Below, piece by piece: positions 39,100 through 48,955 of a stretch of 64,000 nucleotides of DNA. Under the pieces are notes generated by a model that saw nothing but the letters and a program-made list of their open reading frames with translations, searched no databases and was not told the DNA's origin. The DNA comes from Leidyana gryllorum EB-2025a (lineage: Eukaryota; Protista; Apicomplexa), in contig JBLWGC010000140.1 in NCBI GenBank assembly GCA_048772705.1, positions 1 through 64,000 of the forward strand, in the 5' to 3' direction. The translations under genes were made by a program, and so were the position numbers. How positions within the stretch are numbered: the first letter of the stretch is position 1; each line of letters begins with the position of its first letter.

Positions 39100-39401
39100 T
39101 GCATAGCCCGCTTACATGGTGCTCGCAGTGGAGAAGTTGAGAACAGTACCTATATCGGCCTGTGAGGCCGATCCTGACGGGGACAGGTGAGTTTGGTGGC
39201 GTCAGAACCTTCGCTGGACTCACCCTCATCGTCCATGTCTCGTGAACTGGTTTCGAGCATATGGAGATACTGTCCGAGAAGGTCGCTGACATCGATCTCC
39301 CACGAGGACTCGGCATCTTTGCCTCCTTTCAGAGCTTTGATGATCCTTAGCGACTGCTCATTGAGATCCTTCGAGGCTGATTGGCTTTGGGAGTCACTCA
39401 T
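36422..39401 (-). CDS. NCAPH2: Condensin II kleisin subunit CAP-H2
   Basis: N-terminal SWEIDVSDLLGQYL and RVFGRKVDFL; C-terminal SFRKLVDGAQRHEVCRLFLTTLILTN. Multi-exon. Confidence 0.8.
39038..39098. repeat. (CA)~30 microsatellite in CAP-H2 intron
   Basis: Perfect dinucleotide run. Confidence 0.97.
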
Positions 39402-39492
39402 TTTCGTTCTGAGCGAGCGATTCTGAATTTGGTGCAATCAAGCGACCTCTTCTCCAGCAACCAGACGCCAATCCCTACTCAGTGTCAAAATC

Positions 39493-41850
39493 TCATCTAC
39501 TCTGAGCGGCTTCACTCTTGAAATCTGAGACTGACACAGACGCCACCGACTTGGATGCCGACCCGAGGAAGTCAGAAAATGCCATGGGACTACTGTTCGC
39601 GGGGTCGTATAGTCTAATCACTCGATGTGGAGACGACGAAGAAGGTGGAGGAACTCCTCCACGCGAACCGCTCGGGCTCAGAAACGCCTCCCACTCAGCT
39701 CCAGGCGTCCCCGTCCCCCTTCGTGCCATCGCCTCCTCTGACCTCGCGCCCAACGGCGGAGCACTCGGCGCCACCGCACCTTTGGTACCCATCCCTGGTG
39801 GTGTCGCGGCCCCTACCGCTGACTTGGGTTTTGATTGACCACTTTGTGCCGCGCTGGGTTTGGGTGGCGACTTTGTCTGAGGCGGAGACTTTGCCTTTGG
39901 GGCCACCTTCTCCCCCATTTCCACTTTGAGCGGCTCTTCTTTGACCGGAGCTCCCTTTGATGTGGGGGCCACCGCTGACACTTTGACTGCAGCCGAAGTC
40001 TCCCCTCCGAGGCTTTTCTTTGGGGGGGGAGGTTCGGGTTTTGGTTTTGACTGTGCCTTCTCAACAATGTCGACCATCGCGGCCTTCTTTGCTATCTTAG
40101 GCCCAACTTTCGTCTCTGCGGCCTTCGTCTCGGCTTTGGCGGCTAAGCCGGGGGGTGTCTTCGATATCTTCGCTGTCTTTGGTGTCTTCGCGGACTGCGA
40201 TTCTAATACAGTTTTCGGGACCTCTTTGGGGGCGTCAAGTTTTGGCACCGTCACTGTGGGCTTTCCCAGCGGAGGAGTCGTTTTCTGGACCGTTTGACCC
40301 TTTGATGGGGATTGAGTGACTTCAAGCGATCTCTGAACGACCTTTGAATAGAGATCTTTGGCTTTGGCTTTGGTTGCGGTTGTGGCGGGCGGTGGTGGGC
40401 GAGTGACTTCTTTCACCGCCTGATGCTTCAATGTGTCGGCCACATCTACGACGAAACGATCTTTGGTCATCTTTTTCTCCACCTTCCACTCCAATGTATT
40501 CGGATCGGTCTGTGCCATTGAAGACTTTTTGTCCTTTATTTGATCCATCTCGCTGGCGCTTCGGAGTGGCCGAGGAATCAGAAACGGATCCAACTTTACC
40601 CGTGTGGGAGGCGATGGCGGCGCAGACACAGACACTGGAGAAGCCGTTCCCGAGGGCTGTTGTCGATGGTGCGGCGGAGGGGACACAGCAACGGCCTTTT
40701 TCGTCTCAGCTGGTGGCTTCACCGGAGACACTGGCGGTTTCGGAACGGCTTTGTCACTTTTCGGGGGTTCGTTGGCACTCTGTAAAAAGGCCTTTGCCGC
40801 CGGAGTCATCTTTGGCTTAGACGGGGCTGCAGGAGTCGTCGTCTCCTTTGGGGGCGCCGTCTTTTCCTCCGAGGCTCTGAGCTCCACTTTGGCAGCTGTG
40901 TCGCTCTTCTTCGCCGGAAGCGCAGCGTCGCTCTTCTTGACAGACTCAGTTGCGCCTTTGATGACGAGTTGGGGTGACTCGACGGCACTCTTCTTCTGAA
41001 CACTCTCCGCTGCCGCTGCCTTTGACTCTTTGGGCGGCGGTGATGGCTTCGGGACCTCCGATGGCTTCGGGAACTCCCGTTTCGGCAGTTCGACTCTCTT
41101 CTTCGGCGGCAGTTCTTCTTTCTTCTTCCCCACTTCGTCCTCTCTCTTGGCGGCCATAGTGGGCGGAGACGGGGTGGGAGGTGTCGGTTTGACTTTGGTG
41201 ATTGGTACCGGCGACAAATCGCGGCCAGTTGTCGTTTTGGCTTTGACGGGATCGCCGATCTCAGATTTGGTGGCGAGCGGTTTCTTGACCGCTGCGATCT
41301 CCTTTTTCGGAGAGGGCGTCTCCTTCTTGGGAGGGGCAACTGCCGTCTCTGTAATGAATCTGCCGGTCTCCTCTTTCGCGGGTTCCGCACGCTTCTCGCT
41401 GACCACTCGGGTGGGCGGTTCGGTGGCATTCCGCTCAATCGGAGCCTTTGAGGAGCGCTCTCTGTCTTTGGCGGCGTCTTCACCTTGAGGGGTCACTTTG
41501 ATCTCCACTGTGGAGGGTTGCCGCCGGTTGTCAGCCACTTCGGACTTTGTTGTCGTCGTCTCTGAGGGGCCGTTGAGCGCCCGAACAGTGATTTCGCGTT
41601 CCCAAACTGGGCTCGGGGTAATGTATGTGTGCCCCTGAGTGGTGTCCAGAAGTGGAGGCTGTAAGGGGTGACGAGAGATCGAGGGACACGCGACTGCAGC
41701 TCGACCGTGACATCGGTAGAATGGATCGCGAGGAAAGTCGTCAATGCATTGTCGACGGAGACGGCCGACTGGAGTCACTGTGCGACAACATGGACAGACG
41801 CAGTTGGCACCGGGAATGGCTTGACCCTGGGCATCTCGTAACGCATGCAC
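39493..41850 (-). CDS. Large Pro/Lys/Ala/Ser-rich low-complexity protein with Cys-rich N-terminus (true start uncertain)
   Basis: 785-aa ORF. CVCPCCR...DPFYR is followed by a disordered PEVK-like body. Confidence 0.75.
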   Translation of the reverse strand: MHALRDAQGQAIPGANCVCPCCRTVTPVGRLRRQCIDDFPRDPFYRCHGRAAVACPSISRHPLQPPLLDTTQGHTYITPSPVWEREITVRALNGPSETTTTKSEVADNRRQPSTVEIKVTPQGEDAAKDRERSSKAPIERNATEPPTRVVSEKRAEPAKEETGRFITETAVAPPKKETPSPKKEIAAVKKPLATKSEIGDPVKAKTTTGRDLSPVPITKVKPTPPTPSPPTMAAKREDEVGKKKEELPPKKRVELPKREFPKPSEVPKPSPPPKESKAAAAESVQKKSAVESPQLVIKGATESVKKSDAALPAKKSDTAAKVELRASEEKTAPPKETTTPAAPSKPKMTPAAKAFLQSANEPPKSDKAVPKPPVSPVKPPAETKKAVAVSPPPHHRQQPSGTASPVSVSAPPSPPTRVKLDPFLIPRPLRSASEMDQIKDKKSSMAQTDPNTLEWKVEKKMTKDRFVVDVADTLKHQAVKEVTRPPPPATTATKAKAKDLYSKVVQRSLEVTQSPSKGQTVQKTTPPLGKPTVTVPKLDAPKEVPKTVLESQSAKTPKTAKISKTPPGLAAKAETKAAETKVGPKIAKKAAMVDIVEKAQSKPKPEPPPPKKSLGGETSAAVKVSAVAPTSKGAPVKEEPLKVEMGEKVAPKAKSPPQTKSPPKPSAAQSGQSKPKSAVGAATPPGMGTKGAVAPSAPPLGARSEEAMARRGTGTPGAEWEAFLSPSGSRGGVPPPSSSSPHRVIRLYDPANSSPMAFSDFLGSASKSVASVSVSDFKSEAAQSR

Positions 41851-41992
41851 AAGATGTCTGGCAATCTGAAGCCTGTTTGGATCGGCGGGTGATCAATGCC
41901 CGTATCACTCACCTGCCGCAACCTGCAATTCTCCCTCAGCAAACATGGATCCGGCCAGCGTCTCATTACATGCCCGACATGCAACACAGCCA

Positions 41993-41994
<2 letters not shown>

Positions 41995-42044
<50 letters not shown>

Positions 42045-42105
42045 CACTGTGGGTGTGTGACACTGTGGGTGTGTGACACTGTGTGTGTGAGAGAGAGTGT
42101 GTGTG
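41995..42105. repeat. (GT)~24 microsatellite plus 16-bp gtgtgacactgtgggt repeats
   Basis: Directly visible. Confidence 0.95.
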
Positions 42106-42128
42106 TTTCGGTCCATATTCTGTGTCGC

Positions 42129-45047
42129 TCAAGTGGTCCCAGTGGGGGATCTGATCATTCTCGGGGCCATAACGAAACTGCTTTGTTTCCGCACGAGACC
42201 TCCGATGGGAGTGGTGGTTCCGAGGTTGGATCCGCTCGCCAGTAATGTCGGGCTCCGTTCCGTGGAGGCTCGTCTTTTTATAACGTCACGGACGAGAGAG
42301 CTGCCGCCGCTCGACCGTTGGCGCATCGGTAAAGCACCGGAGAGGGCTGAAATGTTACTGCCGGACCGAGACGACGACGACAGCGGAGGGGCGGATGGTG
42401 GGCCCGACCGCGATGTCGATGAGCTCCGACTCGCCGATCGCGAGTCTACCGGGGGGGCAGATCGGGGCAGACTGCTCAGTGCAGAACTGGGAGACGACGA
42501 GGAAAGTCGCGGTGAGACTCCCTGCGCTTCAGTCACCATAATCTTTGTTGGCGGCGGGGGTGAATCTTTCAGCGACTCGGAAGCCGAGGGCGCCCCCATT
42601 CCCGATTTGGGCTGTAAGTTCAAAGGGACCTTTTTGGGAATCACTTTTGCCGCCTTTAATGGAGACGGCGCTACCGGAGATGACGAGTTGGACGAGTTTG
42701 GGGGTGAGGCGCTGCTTCGGCCAAAGTGCGCTGTCCCTTCCGACCCGGTGGTTGGCCCTCCGATCTTTTTGATGGTGATCTTCTTGACTTTCAGTGGGAC
42801 AATAGTCTTTCCCTTCGGGGCAGTCGCTACCGACGCCGCCGCAGTCTCTTCTCCTTCGCGAACGATAATCGGTCCCAATTCATCGTCAACCGCTGTCGGC
42901 GGCGGGGCTTTCGTCGATGGAACTTGACTTTTGGCGGCCGTTGGGGGCGGAACTGGAGTCTTTGGAGCAATCTTCGCGACAGTCTTCGGAGCGATGGGCT
43001 CCTTGGGCGGCCCGGGTCCCTTAACCGGCGGCGGTGTCTCCTTTCTGTCTCCCTCCTCTCCAGCCAGCGGAGCCTTTGGTGTCATCTTCCCGATTTGATC
43101 CGTAGACCCCTTCTTCGTCAACCCACTCTTCACCTCGTCGCCAGGCGACTTTGTGAGCGCCTTTTTAGGTCCCGGCGCGACTGTCGTGGGCTCCTCCTTT
43201 CCCACAGACGGCGACGGGGCCTTCACGAGCGCTTTCGTCAACATCTTTTTCGGCGGCCCCTCGCTGCCAGCGGGAGACGGGGGAGCCTTTGTCGGCGGCG
43301 GCCCGGGACCGGGACTCGCCGGTCCGTCTCCACTCGCCTTGACGACCATTTTCTTCAGCAAAGGAGCCTTTGTTGCCGATGGCGGAGGTCCCTCGTCTCC
43401 GTCTCCGTCAGCTGAAGCACTCGCCATAGGCGGAGGCTTAGCTGCTGCGGCCGAGACTGACGGAGATGAGGGCGTCTTTGGAGGTAATTTCTTCACTGTC
43501 GGCTCTGTTTGGGCAGCCGACGGGGCAGAAGGTTTGGGAGTCGCTGTCGGGGGCTCTTTGCCCGCTGAAGCCGGCGAAGCCGACGGAGTTGCCGCCTTGA
43601 GACCCATCTTCGGTTCCGCCTTGACTTTGGCCGCCTTCAGATCGGGTGTCTCTTCGGAGGCTTTGCTGACCGTCGACTTGAGGGGAGCTTTGATCGGAGC
43701 TTTCATCACGGGGGCCTTTCCTTCGGTGGAAGACTTTGCCGTCTCGTCAGAGGTCCCGCCAATACTCGGCGATTCGACCACTTTGGCCAACTTGGCGGCA
43801 CCCGGTGGTCCCTTAGCGTCCGAACCGGGCGCTGCTGACGGAGTCTTAGTGGGCAGAGGCTTTGGTTTAGCTTTGGTGGCGTCGGCAGCCGCCGGGGGCG
43901 AGCTGCCACCCTCGGCGGCCTTTTTGGTCACCGGAGGGGGACCCTTGGCGCTGTCATCTCCACCCACCGATTTCTGCGGCAAAGGCTTCTTCAGGGGTGC
44001 TGCAGGTGGCCCTGACTCGCCGTCTCCCTTGGCCACACCGACTTTCTTCGGCACTGCTGCTCCCTTCTCAACCACTTTGGGGGCGATACCTTTGGTCGGT
44101 ACTTTTGCTTCTGCTTCGGCAGCGGGACTCGGACTCTTCTTCGGAGGCCCAGGCGGCACTTTACTCGTGGCCGCCGCTGAGTCAGCCTTTGCCTCCACTG
44201 TTGGGTCCGCTTTAGCGGAATCCACCTTCGGGACACCCTTTGGGACCGACTTTGAGTCACCCGCCTTTGGGACACTCTTTGGGACGATCTCCGGGTCAGC
44301 CTTCGGGGCCGCCTTTGAGGTTTCGGGTTGTTCGGCCTTCGTACGCACCGCGGGAGTCTTCTCTTTGGTGACTGATGAAGGCGTTTGTGGGTCTTGTTTG
44401 GCTGGCAACACCTTGGTGGGAGCTCCTTTGCTTCCTACTTGTTTGGGTTCCGGGGTGGGCGCAGCAGCGGTTTTGGGGGGAGGCTGCGGGTTTGGTGGTG
44501 TGTCAGACGGGCCGGCGGTTGACTTGACGACATTGGCGGGGTGTCCTGTGACCTTTAGCTCTGAAGTGTAGTCAGCCAGTTGAGAGGTCTTGACCACACC
44601 CGCCAGGAGGTGTTGAGGGATCGCTTTTTTGAGTGCGGAGAGCTCAGATTCCACGGCATCGCGTTCTGCTCGGACTTTGGTGAGCTCCTTTTCTAACTGC
44701 TGGACTCTTTTTGTCAACTCGTCGATGACTGCTGTGGGCCGTAGTCGTGGGGACGAGTGGTCGCGTGGGTCGGGGGTCGCAGAGAGTTGGCACTCGACGA
44801 CTGTTTGTGTGGCTGTGGGCGGTTGGAGTTCCGTGACAATGGTTCCGGGCTCATAGTCGCGATAAAAAGGGTTCAATTTGGGTATCATGAAGGGTATTCT
44901 GGCCTGACGGCACTTTGGGCGTGGCACACACGGCAACAAGACGTTCTCTGTATCATAGATAATCTCTTCAATAAGAGGTTCCGCGACACAGCAGCAGCGT
45001 CCACGAACTCTGGGAGTGGGAACAGCAACAAACGAGCGCCCCCTCAT
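42129..45047 (-). CDS. Large Pro/Lys/Ala-rich low-complexity protein with Cys-rich N-terminus and coiled coil
   Basis: 972-aa ORF. RCCCV...NPFYR, then heptad segment IDELTKRVQQLEKELTKVRAERDAVESELSAL. Confidence 0.85.
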   Translation of the reverse strand: MRGRSFVAVPTPRVRGRCCCVAEPLIEEIIYDTENVLLPCVPRPKCRQARIPFMIPKLNPFYRDYEPGTIVTELQPPTATQTVVECQLSATPDPRDHSSPRLRPTAVIDELTKRVQQLEKELTKVRAERDAVESELSALKKAIPQHLLAGVVKTSQLADYTSELKVTGHPANVVKSTAGPSDTPPNPQPPPKTAAAPTPEPKQVGSKGAPTKVLPAKQDPQTPSSVTKEKTPAVRTKAEQPETSKAAPKADPEIVPKSVPKAGDSKSVPKGVPKVDSAKADPTVEAKADSAAATSKVPPGPPKKSPSPAAEAEAKVPTKGIAPKVVEKGAAVPKKVGVAKGDGESGPPAAPLKKPLPQKSVGGDDSAKGPPPVTKKAAEGGSSPPAAADATKAKPKPLPTKTPSAAPGSDAKGPPGAAKLAKVVESPSIGGTSDETAKSSTEGKAPVMKAPIKAPLKSTVSKASEETPDLKAAKVKAEPKMGLKAATPSASPASAGKEPPTATPKPSAPSAAQTEPTVKKLPPKTPSSPSVSAAAAKPPPMASASADGDGDEGPPPSATKAPLLKKMVVKASGDGPASPGPGPPPTKAPPSPAGSEGPPKKMLTKALVKAPSPSVGKEEPTTVAPGPKKALTKSPGDEVKSGLTKKGSTDQIGKMTPKAPLAGEEGDRKETPPPVKGPGPPKEPIAPKTVAKIAPKTPVPPPTAAKSQVPSTKAPPPTAVDDELGPIIVREGEETAAASVATAPKGKTIVPLKVKKITIKKIGGPTTGSEGTAHFGRSSASPPNSSNSSSPVAPSPLKAAKVIPKKVPLNLQPKSGMGAPSASESLKDSPPPPTKIMVTEAQGVSPRLSSSSPSSALSSLPRSAPPVDSRSASRSSSTSRSGPPSAPPLSSSSRSGSNISALSGALPMRQRSSGGSSLVRDVIKRRASTERSPTLLASGSNLGTTTPIGGLVRKQSSFVMAPRMIRSPTGTT

Positions 45048-45188
45048 ATTGCATGTCTCATACGATGTGTGTGCGACTGAAAATGGCGTCTCCCAAAGGG
45101 CGTTTCATAATCTCATCAATATCACTGTGCCTTCATTGTTTTAACCTCTTTGGCTGTCCAAGCGCTTTGCAAGTTGCTACTACCCAAG

Positions 45189-45518
45189 ATGTTCACTGTT
45201 CCTGCCCACCAAACTGAGAATGTATCTGTCCACCCCACAATGACCTCCACTGTTTCGGTCGGACTCAATGATTTGGTCCGGCCCAGCGAGGCCACCAAGG
45301 GGGAAGTACAAACTCGTACTTTATTGCTGGAGGAAATCGAGAAGTTCGGCAACTGGCTATGGGATGCAATTCAGTACCACGGCTATGAGAATCTCTTGCT
45401 CGAGGTCAATTTCCCCAGCGCCTTACGACCGACGCTGATGGAGCATCCCGAACTCGCCGAAATCGATAATCCCGAAGTATTCATCTCGAGCCTCCGGGCA
45501 GCGGTGGAAGCATCCTGA
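45189..45518 (+). CDS. Small hypothetical protein (5' end uncertain)
   Basis: Protein-like ORF filling the gap between flanking minus-strand genes. Confidence 0.4.
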   Translation: MFTVPAHQTENVSVHPTMTSTVSVGLNDLVRPSEATKGEVQTRTLLLEEIEKFGNWLWDAIQYHGYENLLLEVNFPSALRPTLMEHPELAEIDNPEVFISSLRAAVEAS

Positions 45519-45580
45519 TTTTCCGTCTTTTTTCTGACTCTTAATCGCTTATGTGTGCATTCCTATGATTTCAATCTTTC

Positions 45581-46560
45581 CTAAGAGAAAGCCGGTCTGA
45601 ATACTTTAGATTCCACCGCGTTATGCTTCGCGAACGCAGTCTGCCCCGCTTGCATACGCAAAACTGGACCCTCATCGCCGCTCCGAGGCAACGCCCGGAA
45701 AACATCTTCCCGTACCAACTTCCCCGTACGCAGTATCAGCAATGACGCGTGATGCGACAAGTCTTTCGCACTCTCTGAACACAGCCAACGCGTCCGCCCT
45801 TCCTGCACCTCCTCGTCCGGATTGATCTTCGCCAATTCTTTCAGTCGAATCGGTTTATTCAGCATCGGACACATTGCCACGAACTTCTCCGACGGAGCCA
45901 CAACCGACCCCTTTGCCCGCCCACTCAAACTCTGGGCCGCCTCAAGGCGACTCTGATCCACAGGTGCCCAGAACGACACTGTCCCCGGGTTCTCTTTCGT
46001 CACAATCTTCCGCTTCTTTTGCTCTCGCGCCTCTATTTGCCGGTCGCGGATGGCTCGAACTTCAGCTTCTTCGTCACTGTGGTCTAGAAGATCCTGACCG
46101 TCATCTAAAGCACGTTTTCGCACCGCCGCCCCTCCTCCCCCAGAGGCTCCAATCACTTCCTGAGCCGCCTCAAAAGCCTTTCTATCTGCTTCAGAAGCTT
46201 TAGCCTTCTCTGCAACTGCCAACTTGGCAGCTTCCACCTTTTTCTTCCATTTCTTTCGTTGCTCTTCGATATTCAATATAAGACACGGCTTGCAATATAG
46301 AACTCCTAAAACAGCAGCTTCGTTCAACTTGGCCTCTACTTACCATCCGGAGTGGCCACAGGATCCTGTGCTACCGATAAACAGAGATTGCACTGTTCAA
46401 AAGTGCGAAGACTATCTTCGCCCAGCCGCTCGTGAAGAGACCCATATCCTGCCAGGAAAACTACCGTGTATCAACCACTCGGACTCTTACCTTCTGTCTT
46501 CCTCCGCTCGTGATAGGTGAAAACGGCGCTGGCCGTATTATTGCGAGAGTGGCGTGACAT
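45581..46560 (-). CDS. NOSIP: Nitric oxide synthase-interacting protein homolog (RING/U-box-like)
   Basis: N-terminus MSRHSRNNTASAVFTYHER; DPVATPDG..LYCKPC; SFWAP; CPMLNKPIRLKEL; LRMQAGQTAFA. Confidence 0.9.
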
Positions 46561-46576
46561 GTTGGTTCAAGATTTT

Positions 46577-48939
46577 TTAGGTTCCGTCAGATCGCAAAGC
46601 ACGTAAAATAACACCCAGGAGGGCCTGATCGATGTTCTTGATACCTGATTCTTCCAGAACCGTGCTGCAGGTTGTACGATCGTGATTGCTTTCTGCTCGG
46701 CTAAGGTCTATCAATATCAGATCATCGAGCATCAACAGATTGGCTATGTCCAATAATGTGTGTATACTTCCCGTCGGCGGTTCAATGGAGCCTTTTAGCC
46801 ATGTGCCGTAGCACGAGGTCAAACATTGGAGGTGTGTGCACACACTTTGTCTGAGACACGCACGGAGCGCCATTTTGCACCGGTGAGAATGCCTTACATG
46901 TTGGCCGCCATTGTCTGACGTGGCTGTCGGTTCTTCAAACCCACGCGTTGTGCTATAATGCCACGCTTCAGCCCTTCCACGATTTTCTCGGCCGCTTTTT
47001 GTCCGATGGCCAAACTGGCTTCCCCCGAAACTTGGCTTGTTAAGGCTGCGAGACGGATATGCGCGAGTTGCTCATGTGAGAACCCAACGATCTTACTGTC
47101 TATCATGCGGCTCTTTATAACACTGTTAGCGTAGTCAGGATCCTTAGTAGCCTTATTTGCCTTGAAATGGTCTGATATTTCCATAGCGAAGAGGTCAACG
47201 ATCTTGCGACGCAGCTCCTGGACCCTTGCCAGGCCTTGCGGTGGGAGGTCCAACAATGGATCCTTCAACTCCTCAATAAGCAATTCGACAGAGTTGAGGC
47301 CAATGATGGCGATCGGCAGCTGAAGAGGTGATGAGACGCTGCAGGCTGACCACTCACATCAGCGAATGGGTCATCGAGGATGTTCCAAGCTTCTTTGATG
47401 CGATCTGTGGCCAGCGGCAACACAGTCTTGAGAAACACTTCATCTTAGATACAGACTGATGGCGGACAGCAGCGTGGACAGTCTTACCAACATACGCCTT
47501 CCGGGCTGTGTCGTCGCGCAGCAGATTGAGCCGCTCGACGCAGGCGAGGATCATTTCTCGGGTTCTGATTGCCAGTGCCGAGACCTGACAAGAGCTCGAT
47601 GTGTCTGTCGACTTTAACTTACCGGAAGGCCTCTATATATGATGGGCTCGAAGGCCATCGAAAGAGCAATTTTCCGCTTGTGGTGCTCACGGATTGTGAG
47701 TACGTCGGCTTCGATCCACTTTTCGAACTCCGTTAGAACTCCATCTTCCATTGGTTTGTGCAGTACCCCACGTGTCAGGAAGATTTGTCCCAATTTCTCG
47801 TTTGCATTGAGACTTCCGGCAACGGCTTCCAGGATGGCCGCTCGCACTGGTGGTTCCATGACGGGGTTCAGTGCAGTTAGATTCTCGTGAGAACCTTTGG
47901 TGAGCTCCGCTTGAGCGTTGGCAGCCTCCACGGCTCGCGCGACAGCCGCGATGCGGCAGGAATGCCATTCCAGATACTCCAGAGCCACTTGATCTTCGAG
48001 CGTCTCGAGGAGGCGTTTCCGAGTCTCAATCCATTTGGTGTGGTGCGGTGTGAAGGTCGGATCTTTGACTTTGGCTACCAGCCGTTTAGCGGCGGTTGTG
48101 ATGACCCGCAGGAGGAACTTTCCGTCCAGATCTTTGCGAGCCTCTTTAACCAAAGCGTCGGCTTCACTGAGACACAGTTGGCGGCTCAGGAAACGAAGGG
48201 TCAAATCAGCGTCACTGTCCCCCACGCGATGCAGTTGACAGAGCAATCTGAGTGCGGCTGTGTAATCCGGAGGAGTGCTGCTGACCGCCGTCGAGAGCTG
48301 CGTCTTCATTATGCAGACGAGGATCTCTTTGTTTTCGCTCCTGAGATGGTCGAGCCACGCTCGACAACCCTTTCGTCCAAACTCGGTGGTCCAAGACTGG
48401 GGTGAAACTCACTGGTGGGATGAGGTCAGAGCTTCGGAAGGAGGGGAGACGAGCAGTTGTAGTGACGCCGGTCTGAGTGATGATCTCCAAAACTTGGCTT
48501 ATCTCTCCCTGACCGAGAGCATCACGCACGGCTTTGATTGGAAGCAACTGATTACGGCACGCCTCCAAAATGTCACGCTCCTTGGCCAATTGGACAAAGC
48601 GGTCCAATGTATTGGTAGTCTGATGATTTTGAAGCTGCTGTAGAACTTCCGGTTCACGTCTGGGGAGTTTCAGCCAAGTGACAGTCGGTGTGGCGAAACC
48701 TACGGTTGCGTGAACACATCAGTGGGAGCCCCACTGTTCGCAATAGTCTTTAGTTGGTCACATATCTGGGTATGATAGTTGCCAGTCAGAGCCTTTCGGC
48801 GCGATAATAAGTGGTCAATGTGCCCTTTCAGACGAGCACAATTGGCCTCTGGATCATCCAGATTGTCGCACTCCGCATGATAATGGATAGACGGATTAGA
48901 TTGAAGTGCGCGCACTTGGGTGAGAAGTTGTGTGGACAT
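46577..48939 (-). CDS. VPS51: GARP/EARP tethering subunit Vps51/Ang2-like (multi-exon)
   Basis: N-terminal helix RKALTGNYHTQICDQLKTI, ARLPSFR and LHRVGDSDADLTLRFL resemble recalled Vps51 segments QHLPSFR and LLALGEPAEELCEEFL. Confidence 0.6.
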
Positions 48940-48955
48940 TTGGTAAAGTTTTGGG

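Noticed and set aside
43153-44571. 472-aa plus-strand ORF (and 42097-42927, 39518-41488 pieces)
   Set aside because: Antisense shadows of the Pro/Lys/Ala-rich genes; their G/F/A-rich composition is what the reverse complement predicts.
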